This document shows positions 29,785-37,370 of a stretch of DNA of 37,370 bases, piece by piece; position 1 is the stretch's first letter, and every line of letters starts with the position of its first letter. A model generated the notes under the pieces. That model was not told the origin of the DNA. It saw only the letters and a list, made by a program, of their open reading frames with translations, and made no database searches. The translations under genes were made by a program, and so were the position numbers. Origin of the DNA: Oligoflexales bacterium (GTDB lineage: Bacteria > Bdellovibrionota_B > Oligoflexia > Oligoflexales > CAIYRB01); contig JBGSUI010000053.1 of the NCBI GenBank assembly GCA_041736175.1, positions 1 through 37,370 on the forward strand. Reading direction: 5' to 3'.

Positions 29785-30852
29785 CTATTCGCTACCGAGT
29801 CCCAGACGTTTGTTAAATCGAAGCCAACTCCTAAAGCTTTGCTTTTTAAAGCGAAAGCCTGATTTTCTGGTTTTTCCAGTCCTTTCAATGACCGACTTGC
29901 TCTCTAGGTTTGAAAAGGTTTTTGAGAGGTTGATGGGGAGGTGCGCCACATCTTTGCGAGTAAAGGTCGGCTTTATGCAAACGAGTTCATCCACAAGCAG
30001 TCGTTCGACGTAGGAAAGGTTCTGGTTCACTAAATCGACATAAGGACTGATATTGCTGAAATAGAGAGACTTAAACTTGTTGATAAGTTGGTTCTGCGGC
30101 GTTCCTTGCTGATTTCGTACTGAGGACCCGATGAGTGCCGCTACAAATATATTTAAGAGAGCCAGTGATCCATCCGCAATATCAACGATGAGAGGTCCGT
30201 AAAGCTGTATAAGAAGTTCCAACAGATCTAGAGTTGGCTGATCTGCTTTGACTTGAGACGTAATATAGCTTAGGGCCTCTTGGCTAGAGAGGGGCTTGAC
30301 CTCAATGACGTTGAAAAAATTGAAAAAGGGTAGGTCTGGATCCTCGGTGAATCGAAGATCAGAACTCGATGTTGCAATCATACTCACGTTTTTACTATTC
30401 TCAATCAGGTAACTTCTTAGCTCTCGCGCATGCTGAAACTGCGTCATCTGTGAAGAACTCACTCCCATGGCTTTTTTAGGAAGGCCATGTTCACGGCCAG
30501 ATGACACATTGTAAAGAAAATCGATTCCTTCCATCAGAAGCAGGAATTTTAAGTTACTAGGGCTTAGTCCTCCCACTTTCTGATCATTTAGAACCTCGTG
30601 CTTTGCTTTGTCTACTAAGCGGCTGGTATTAACGACCAGGTTAGATCCTGTAAGCTGGAACGGGACAAAAATCGGTATAACTTGTGGACTATCGATTCTA
30701 GTTTGCAAGTAGGTAAATAGGCTATTAAGGACCCAGCTTTTTCCAACGCCTCTTTCACCTTTTAGAATCAAAGATGGAACGATCTGCTCTGTTGGAGTGA
30801 GGTAGGTGTCCTTGAGGTACTTGACGAGGAATAATAAGCGGTCAGGCATCAT
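29785..30852 (-). CDS. P-loop ATPase (STAND/archaeal-ATPase-like) with degenerate Walker B and probable C-terminal wHTH
   Basis: Walker A GERGVGKS, LLLMEGID, MIATS and PFFNFF..IEVKPLS. Start overlaps the upstream stop (ATGA). Confidence 0.75.
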   Translation of the reverse strand: MMPDRLLFLVKYLKDTYLTPTEQIVPSLILKGERGVGKSWVLNSLFTYLQTRIDSPQVIPIFVPFQLTGSNLVVNTSRLVDKAKHEVLNDQKVGGLSPSNLKFLLLMEGIDFLYNVSSGREHGLPKKAMGVSSSQMTQFQHARELRSYLIENSKNVSMIATSSSDLRFTEDPDLPFFNFFNVIEVKPLSSQEALSYITSQVKADQPTLDLLELLIQLYGPLIVDIADGSLALLNIFVAALIGSSVRNQQGTPQNQLINKFKSLYFSNISPYVDLVNQNLSYVERLLVDELVCIKPTFTRKDVAHLPINLSKTFSNLESKSVIERTGKTRKSGFRFKKQSFRSWLRFNKRLGLGSE

Positions 30853-32144
30853 TTTAAATATCTTTCGTTAACTAATCGATAGTGCCAGAAATTGCATAAA
30901 ACCTGACTCTCAAACCCTATAGACGAGCCATCGCCCATATTCTGGACTAGGTCGTCTGCCAGCAGCTTGGCCACAAGACGCGAGTACCTTTCTCGCGTAA
31001 GGTTAGGGAAACTCTTCGCAAGCGTTGAAAAAAGGTCTCCGTCTTTGCACGCTACGTTGGTGTCAAATTGAATTTGCGCTAGGATTTCGAGCACCTTTAA
31101 CACAAGGTCTTTGTCATTTTTGTAGTAGCGATCGATACGGGTAAATAAGTATCTAGGACCTTTTGAGTGAATGATCAGGTCTTTGAAGGCCTTAGTCACG
31201 TCCTGGCTAGAAAATTTTCTAAGTCCAAGCTGATCGATACTCGCTTGGCGTAGGATTTCGGCGTACAGCTGGACGTAGAAAGGGGATGAGCTCCCAAACT
31301 GTATATTTACGAATTGGTTAAATTGGGAGGGGCTCTCAAAATCGAACTTCTCTGCTGCGCAAAGGAGCTTCATTAATTCCAACGTTTGAGTAGGATTGAG
31401 AGAGGGCATGCGAAGTCTTTGGAGGTCGTTTACAGTTTGGTCAAGCCCCAGGTATTGGAGAGTGTTATCGAGGTTGATTGATCCGGCGATGATGAATCGG
31501 TGGGTTTTTCCCGTTTTAGTCGGATCCTGCCGCATCGCTCTAAGGCCATTCATCAAATACTGGGTTTTGTTTACTTGTTCCTGGAAGGTGTCATCTCCAG
31601 TGGAAACTTCACCAAATTTCCAAATGAGCTCGGGAAATTCATCAAGGACAATCACGACCCCCTTTTTGAGTCTTTGTAGGAGATTGCAGAGTTCCATTGA
31701 GAGTTGGTCAAGCTTTTTTGGGTCGAACTCAGGCAGCTTAAAGCTAATTTTGACTTCGCCTTCAGTACCCAAATAGGGAGCTAAGTCAGCCTCGACCTCA
31801 AAAATTTGCCTGAGTGAGTTTGACAGGTTTCGAATACCGTCGATACCTTCGCTCATGAGGTACCTCCACTTTTTGGTCGCGCTGAGGACCTTTTTGATGA
31901 TGAGGAGATAAAACTCATAGAGGTCCTGCGTTTTCTCTAAATCTATAAAAATACTAATGAAATCCTTATCATCGGCTTCCCTTTGGCGTAAATATTCCTG
32001 GATTGCACAGGTTTTTCCCGTTCTGCGCGGACCTAAGACTAAGACGTCCCCTTCAAGGAGAAGCTTGCCAAGGTTGTTTACATAGATCTGGCGCCCGGTA
32101 TAAAAGTCAGTTCCTAGGGGGATGCCTCCCGCCGTTATCTTCAT
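30849..32144 (-). CDS. P-loop ATPase (STAND/archaeal-ATPase-like)
   Basis: FYTGR, Walker A GPRRTGKT, Walker B VIVLDEFP, FIIAGS, SPFYVQ and helical/wHTH C-terminus. GGAAGG RBS before ATG 32144. Confidence 0.85.
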   Translation of the reverse strand: MKITAGGIPLGTDFYTGRQIYVNNLGKLLLEGDVLVLGPRRTGKTCAIQEYLRQREADDKDFISIFIDLEKTQDLYEFYLLIIKKVLSATKKWRYLMSEGIDGIRNLSNSLRQIFEVEADLAPYLGTEGEVKISFKLPEFDPKKLDQLSMELCNLLQRLKKGVVIVLDEFPELIWKFGEVSTGDDTFQEQVNKTQYLMNGLRAMRQDPTKTGKTHRFIIAGSINLDNTLQYLGLDQTVNDLQRLRMPSLNPTQTLELMKLLCAAEKFDFESPSQFNQFVNIQFGSSSPFYVQLYAEILRQASIDQLGLRKFSSQDVTKAFKDLIIHSKGPRYLFTRIDRYYKNDKDLVLKVLEILAQIQFDTNVACKDGDLFSTLAKSFPNLTRERYSRLVAKLLADDLVQNMGDGSSIGFESQVLCNFWHYRLVNERYLK

Positions 32145-32200
32145 TTTTTCAATCCTTCCGTAATATTGCACCCATGGGCCCGCGCTTTCTCCACCTATTA

Positions 32201-32241
32201 TATTCCATCGATGGAATAAAATCTATCCCATCGATGGAATA
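32201..32241. promoter_or_regulatory. Tandem 18-bp palindromes upstream of the ATPase pair (candidate operator)
   Basis: TATTCCATCGATGGAATA (32201-32218, perfect palindrome) and TATCCCATCGATGGAATA (32224-32241, 1 mismatch); 23-bp period. Confidence 0.7.
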
Positions 32242-32247
32242 TTTGGG

Positions 32248-32319
32248 TCCTCCAGGGGGTGATTTTGAAGGGGCCCCAAACAAGTGTATCCTAAGCAAAG
32301 TGGGATGTTAGCTCTTCTC
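32248..32319 (+). repeat. Degenerate, frameshifted copy of PKS KR sequence 29350-29423
   Basis: Shared blocks TCCTCCAG, TTTGAAG, AAGTGTATCCTAA and TGGGATGTTAGCTCT in the same order and with near-identical spacing. Confidence 0.8.
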
Positions 32320-32330
32320 AAGGACACCAA

Positions 32331-34463
32331 ATGACACAAAACATAAGTAACCGAGCGCCAAACGGTGAGTTTATCAACTTTATCGACGCCATCTTGACCC
32401 AGCAGAGGGAGGTCGAGACCATCGCCCGCTGTTTTCTCAGCCTCGCCACTCACCCCTATCTCCTCGACCACAACTACAAGGGTGCCATGATCATGCCCAC
32501 GGTTTTTGGGCTTGAGGCGATGGCCCAAGTAGCCTTGATCACCATCCCTGAGGAGTTGGCTGATCAAATCAAAGACCCGTTGACTCGTGGATGGATTATA
32601 GAAAACATCCAACTGTCTAGACCTATCCCCGTGGGGACAAAAGGGGTGGATATCGAAATCTATGCAGAGGTGCAGGAGCCGAAACCGGGATCCCAGGAGC
32701 TGAGGGTCAACTGCGGTATCCGCTGTGCCTCGACAGGGTATAGCCATGACCATTTTTCTGCAGAATTTGTGTTTATGGACCAAAATCCTCAAGCTGGCCA
32801 GCCCCTACCTCTCAGCCGAAACCGCGATGGCCATGGCGTCGGCACCTATCTCGCCCAAGATCTTGGGATTAAGCCCCTGGAAAAACTCTATGGCTCCATA
32901 CTTTTTCAGGGACCCCGATTCCAAAGGATTCAGTCCATCTATTTTCTGGAATCCGACAATGAGACCCACGGCAAAACCGTGCTGATCGCCGCCCAAGCCC
33001 AAGAGCTACAAACAAGCTATCGGCTAGGCGACCCCTATTTTAGGGATGCTCTCCTCCAGTCAGCCCAGCTGATCATCCCCCAAAATCAGTGTCTGCCGAT
33101 CGAGATCGACCGGATGGAAATCTTTCCCGGCTATGGACATTGCAAACCCAAGTTTATTTTGACCGAAGTCAATAAAGCAGATGCTAAATCCTACTTGGCA
33201 ACGATCGAGGTGACAGACGATCAGGGAAACCTTATCCAAAAGCTGGAACAGTATCGATTGCAGTTTTTAGAAAAGTTGCCCCACCTCCCCAAAGCCATGG
33301 ACTTGATTCCACCTAACCGGTCTCCCAGCCGCGTTCAGGGTGCTGCGATTCCCGCACAGCCTTCGTCGGGACCGGTAAACCCTAAACTTCTAGAACCCTA
33401 TAAAGTGCCGGCCTCGCTGCTGCGTATCGATGCTGTGCCTGGAGGGCCCCAAGACCAATCGGTGTTTATCCATCGATTTATTCCTGACTTTAAGACCTTT
33501 GCCAACTTAGGCAGCGGTATTTACTTTAGTCATATCTTTAACTGGATGGGCCAATCCCGAGAGATGTCTTCGATTCCCGTCCTAAGGGAGATTCGGACCC
33601 TGACCGAGTCAGGAAAATGGGGACAGGTCACCAACTGGGCCAATATTGAGATCCTCGGGGAATGTCGCAACCACCACCGCATTGTCGAAGCCCGGATGTG
33701 GTGCGGCAAACTTGGTGGCTCTAAAAATAGCGCAGCCACTCTGAGTTTTGATTGGCTTTCTGTGGGCGAACATGGGATCGAAGAACGGATTGCTCGCGGC
33801 CAAATGGGCTTTACCTGGGTCGAGATCCTAACCCACGGCGTCGTCCAGCCCGCTCCTCTCCCCCAAGCCTATTATGATTTTATTAAGACGATGGAAGCGC
33901 AGAATGACCAGCCCAACGTCTATGCCTCAGCCCACGAACCCCTGCGCAGCCTCGCCCCAGGACGCTCCCTCCTTAAAACGACCGGGGGTCCCCGCTCCGT
34001 CGTCCAACTGGCGACCAAAACCTTTGAGACCTCGACCTTTGACTCCAATCTCGTCGGCAATATCTATTTCGGCAACTACTCCATTTGGATGGGGCGGGTG
34101 AGAGATGCTTATTTCTATAAGCTTGCTCCGAGATTCTTTACCAAATCTAAGGATATTTATGAATTGATCTGCACCAAGAGTCGCATCCAGCATCTAAGAG
34201 AGGCGATGCCCTACGACGATATCGTGGTGACGATGGGGCTGATCCAACTCAACCAAGCCGGGGTAGACCTTCAGTTTGAGTTTTTTCGAAAAAACCCCAC
34301 AGGGGTTCTGGAAAAACTCGCTATCGCCGACCACCAGTGCCTCTGGACCCACAAGGCCGAAGACGGAACCGTCACGGCCCATGAATGGCCCGAGGAGATT
34401 CGGGCAGAGATCGTGAGTGCTCACAAAGGTAAAGTCGAAGGTACGATGTTAAGTGCCGTTTAG
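32331..34463 (+). CDS. Enediyne-type PKS C-terminal part: dehydratase plus two hot-dog thioesterase domains
   Basis: DH: HPYLLDHNYKGAMIMP, LYGSILFQGPRFQ, LGDPYFRDALLQ. TE-like: ANLGSGIYFSHIFNWMGQSRE and DSNLVGNIYFGNYSIWMGRVRD (cf. SgcE10/CalE7 NLVGNVYY..Y..WQG..RE). AAGGA RBS before the ATG. Confidence 0.82.
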   Translation: MTQNISNRAPNGEFINFIDAILTQQREVETIARCFLSLATHPYLLDHNYKGAMIMPTVFGLEAMAQVALITIPEELADQIKDPLTRGWIIENIQLSRPIPVGTKGVDIEIYAEVQEPKPGSQELRVNCGIRCASTGYSHDHFSAEFVFMDQNPQAGQPLPLSRNRDGHGVGTYLAQDLGIKPLEKLYGSILFQGPRFQRIQSIYFLESDNETHGKTVLIAAQAQELQTSYRLGDPYFRDALLQSAQLIIPQNQCLPIEIDRMEIFPGYGHCKPKFILTEVNKADAKSYLATIEVTDDQGNLIQKLEQYRLQFLEKLPHLPKAMDLIPPNRSPSRVQGAAIPAQPSSGPVNPKLLEPYKVPASLLRIDAVPGGPQDQSVFIHRFIPDFKTFANLGSGIYFSHIFNWMGQSREMSSIPVLREIRTLTESGKWGQVTNWANIEILGECRNHHRIVEARMWCGKLGGSKNSAATLSFDWLSVGEHGIEERIARGQMGFTWVEILTHGVVQPAPLPQAYYDFIKTMEAQNDQPNVYASAHEPLRSLAPGRSLLKTTGGPRSVVQLATKTFETSTFDSNLVGNIYFGNYSIWMGRVRDAYFYKLAPRFFTKSKDIYELICTKSRIQHLREAMPYDDIVVTMGLIQLNQAGVDLQFEFFRKNPTGVLEKLAIADHQCLWTHKAEDGTVTAHEWPEEIRAEIVSAHKGKVEGTMLSAV

Positions 34464-34537
34464 CAAACATTTATGGCCCAAAAATTGCAGCTATATTGAT
34501 ACATACATCAACATAAATGCAAAATTTGGGAGAACCT

Positions 34538-35413
34538 ATGAATCTTAATACGGTTGGTATTTTATTTATCGGTGTCTATAGTTTAACCATAGGCTGTAAG
34601 GCAAATCATCAAGTGGGGTCGGATAGCAACGCACTGAACCAGGCGGGAGCATCGGCAACCTATAAAGGCAGAGGGACAAACTACGAAAACTTTTCTGAAG
34701 AGGGCGGAGGTTGTGGGCCTACCGAGGCCCTGGTCGAGCTAGAAGCCGGCGCTTATGTTCCCTATGCAGCCCTTCGGGTACCACAGAACGGGGTGTATGA
34801 TGGAAGTACATACAATCAGGGGAAAAACTGTGGTCGATGGCTTGAGGTGTCAACCGTGGTCGATGGAGTCAAAAAGACTGGACATTTTATCGTGGCTGAT
34901 CGCTGCACCGACCCAGGGTGGTGTCAGGATGCTTATCATGTGGACCTTTCTGTTTATCAAGTGGGTCATGTTTTCTTTGGCAAAAATGATTTTACCCGGA
35001 GGAGCCATAAGTTAGGTTCTGGCTGGCCTTTTGATTTTAAAAATCGTGACGTGGAATGGAATTTTATCTCTGCACCAAACTATGATGGACAAGGCCCTTA
35101 TATCCACTGGACCAAGGCTGCAAGTGAATACTTTCGCGCTATTATCATCTCAAATCTCCCTGAAGGTCTCGGTGGAGTGGAGTTTCTTGATGGGTCAGGA
35201 AACTGGGTTACGGCAAAGATGGAAGGTGATAGGGGCCAGATTTATCGCCTTGACGGCAATCCCGCAACGAGACCCTATCAGATTCGAATCAGCAAGGCTG
35301 TTGATGCTACAAAATCCCATCCAGTCTATGAAAAGATCTACCAATTTGATTTTCCAAAATCCTGTAACCCATCCTGTCCTTCGGTGACAAAAGCCGAAGT
35401 CACCGCAAAATAA
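34538..35413 (+). CDS. Expansin-like (EXLX-type, DPBB + CBM63-like) lipoprotein
   Basis: GGAG RBS; lipobox-like TIGC; GGGCG, NCGRWLEV, VADRC and HVDLS; C-terminal YFRAIIISNLPEGLGGVE. Confidence 0.8.
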   Translation: MNLNTVGILFIGVYSLTIGCKANHQVGSDSNALNQAGASATYKGRGTNYENFSEEGGGCGPTEALVELEAGAYVPYAALRVPQNGVYDGSTYNQGKNCGRWLEVSTVVDGVKKTGHFIVADRCTDPGWCQDAYHVDLSVYQVGHVFFGKNDFTRRSHKLGSGWPFDFKNRDVEWNFISAPNYDGQGPYIHWTKAASEYFRAIIISNLPEGLGGVEFLDGSGNWVTAKMEGDRGQIYRLDGNPATRPYQIRISKAVDATKSHPVYEKIYQFDFPKSCNPSCPSVTKAEVTAK

Positions 35414-35444
35414 AGCTAGACAGGATCAATGGATTTCCGAATTT

Positions 35445-37037
35445 TTATTCTGAGAATTCCTGAAAAACAAAGGGAGTCATTTGGCTAAAGCCAACATCAT
35501 TTTGTTGTGATTGTTTATCGACAAATTCATGTTGTTTTTTGAGAAATCGCTCCATGGTGAGTCCAAACGGTATTTTGGTATTTTTTTCGTCGATAAGACC
35601 CATTTTGCGAGTAGCAACCATATTTGCCGGAGTATCATACATCGACCAATACAAAAGGAACGGGGTGCCCCACGACAAAAAATTCCTAATAAATTGTTGA
35701 TTCAGCCGGTTCTGCTCCTCGCGGCTTTTACCTTGGAGAGGCATTCCAAATTCGCCAATAAAGACTCTTTTTCCTTGGATTGATGGATTCGGCTGCAAGT
35801 GTTTTTCTATATAATCGAGGGTTGCATGGATATTTGCTTTGGTATCTTGCTGCACATCGTATCCAGAATAGGAAACGTAGTCGACCTTTACATGGGGTAG
35901 CACCTCATTAACAAGCCGCTTTTTTCCCCCAACCATGGCATCCCTGACCCGGTTGACTTCGACATATTGATAGATATTCACTTTACTGTTAGGAGAGGCT
36001 TTTTTGGCGTCAAGGATAGCTTTCTGTCTAAGGTTGATCCACCCGATCATCCCCTCGACACCTTGTTTCGGGGCATCACCCCCCGCATTTCCTTCGCCTA
36101 AAAGCAGCCAGTCACCTTCCCAGTGCCCAATAAATATATGACGTCCAGCAAGGGTCTCATTATCCAATAGGGTTTTAGCAAAGGCGTAGGTCTCGTCATA
36201 TTCGGTTTTTTGAAATTGAGGAGTCATCCCATACATCCAGTGTTTAGTCGTGCGAAACCAAAGAAAAACATGGGAAAATGGCAAACTCAATGCAACGGAT
36301 AATGCAGGTCTGTCCTTTGCGTCTAATTTTACCATGCGAAAACCCATATTAAAAGAGGCCTTTACAGTCTCTACAACAGGGTTCTCGGATGTGAAATGAT
36401 AAGCTGGATCAACAGCATGAATTCCAATGATTGGCGAAAAAGTCTTCCGAGGTTTTTGGACCACCTGCATCATCTGCGGTGCTTGGTTGCCAGGGGTTGT
36501 GGGGAAGGTGAAATCTCGTGAGACAGCCCACATTTGGAATGCATCATTGGTGCATTGGGCATTTACGACCTGGGTACCATCGGTTTGACCCTTTTCGAAA
36601 AGACTCAAACATTTATAATTATAAGTATTTTTTATGGTATACCCCATGGACGTTTTCATGATCTCCCACTTTTGATTCCTTTGACCACTGCATTTTTTTT
36701 GTCCAATGGGAGCATTCTCTCCCTGGTTATCGTCAAAAAGCTCAAAACATCGACCGTTTTCTACCGAAATAATCGAGTAAATATTGTCCTCGTGGCGTAT
36801 AAAACGCCATTCTTGACCGGTTGTTTCCCTATAGCTCCCCTGCTGGATTAAATCCCCTTCGTTTAGGCCTTGGTTACGGGCTTCAAGAACTTTACCTGTC
36901 GCTATGGATTTGATATAGGTAGTGGATTGTTTACTATCGTTTGAATCGAGGCTGAATTCATTCGAGTTTGATATTTTGCAGGATGAAAGAATCCATAAGA
37001 TTATGGAAAGCCTAAAAATCATCTTCTTAAACTTCAT
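35445..37037 (-). CDS. Lipoprotein: ricin-B (CBM13-like) lectin plus putative clan GH-A TIM-barrel hydrolase
   Basis: GAGG RBS before ATG 37037; lipobox LSSC; QEW/QKW/QMW repeats; HWEGDW and FIGEFG glutamates; LYWSMYD. Confidence 0.75.
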   Translation of the reverse strand: MKFKKMIFRLSIILWILSSCKISNSNEFSLDSNDSKQSTTYIKSIATGKVLEARNQGLNEGDLIQQGSYRETTGQEWRFIRHEDNIYSIISVENGRCFELFDDNQGENAPIGQKKCSGQRNQKWEIMKTSMGYTIKNTYNYKCLSLFEKGQTDGTQVVNAQCTNDAFQMWAVSRDFTFPTTPGNQAPQMMQVVQKPRKTFSPIIGIHAVDPAYHFTSENPVVETVKASFNMGFRMVKLDAKDRPALSVALSLPFSHVFLWFRTTKHWMYGMTPQFQKTEYDETYAFAKTLLDNETLAGRHIFIGHWEGDWLLLGEGNAGGDAPKQGVEGMIGWINLRQKAILDAKKASPNSKVNIYQYVEVNRVRDAMVGGKKRLVNEVLPHVKVDYVSYSGYDVQQDTKANIHATLDYIEKHLQPNPSIQGKRVFIGEFGMPLQGKSREEQNRLNQQFIRNFLSWGTPFLLYWSMYDTPANMVATRKMGLIDEKNTKIPFGLTMERFLKKQHEFVDKQSQQNDVGFSQMTPFVFQEFSE

Positions 37038-37370
37038 AAACCCCTCTTGTGTTTGTTTTAAGTCAAAGCCTTTATCTCGCGAATGTTCTATCTCAACATA
37101 ATCTTTCCTATGCAAAAAATGTGCCGGTATGCGAACATGGGGGTGCTGGCCCTTTTGGCATAAGCGGTCCAAATTCAATAGGCTTATGCTAGACTCAACA
37201 ATAGAAATGAAGCAGCAAGCTCCTTAGGAGCCAATGCCGGGGCTTAGACAATTGTCAAAATAATGGTCAATAAATTGCAAAATGTGGGCAAATTAAAAAT
37301 AAAAAAATATTAATTTTTTCAAAAAAATCTTGAATTCAGTTGACTAAAAAAATAAACCCATCAAAAATTT

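Noticed and set aside
27837..32241. CRISPR array from the 12-bp tandem repeat or the paired palindromes
   Set aside because: No unique spacers, the repeats are too short or too few, and there are no cas genes.
29781..32330. ATPase cassette as a transposon (TnsC/IstB-like)
   Set aside because: No transposase, terminal inverted repeats or short TSD seen; the ATPase motifs look STAND/archaeal-ATPase-like rather than IstB or TniB.

Overview
The window looks like two different genomes joined together. Positions 1 to about 5850 are GC-rich and Planctomycete-like. They hold a partial dabB-like inorganic-carbon transporter subunit with a divergent wHTH regulator, a 123-bp MITE, tRNA-Val(TAC), a GH64-like secreted protein cut by a single-ORF IS66 element that has no target duplication, and the 3' half of a 2OG-Fe(II) oxygenase. 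Codon usage changes inside that oxygenase. The rest is lower-GC and lipoprotein-rich, and I infer an Oligoflexia/Bdellovibrionota-like host. It holds an S1 protease, a transglutaminase-like lipoprotein, argH-argG, a patch of captured genes flanked by interleaved duplications, a long operon of exported c-type cytochromes plus a Tat DUF1501-like protein behind a LolD/E-like ABC transporter, an expansin and a ricin-GH. The most striking feature is an enediyne-type iterative PKS (PksE-like). It is split between KR and DH by a 2.5-kb cassette of two STAND-like P-loop ATPases that has its own tandem palindromic operator. The downstream half appears to have its own RBS/ATG, lacks the PPTase domain and is fused to two hot-dog thioesterases. 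No E3/E4/E5 enediyne cassette genes are nearby. All family assignments come from reading motifs by eye, not from database searches.
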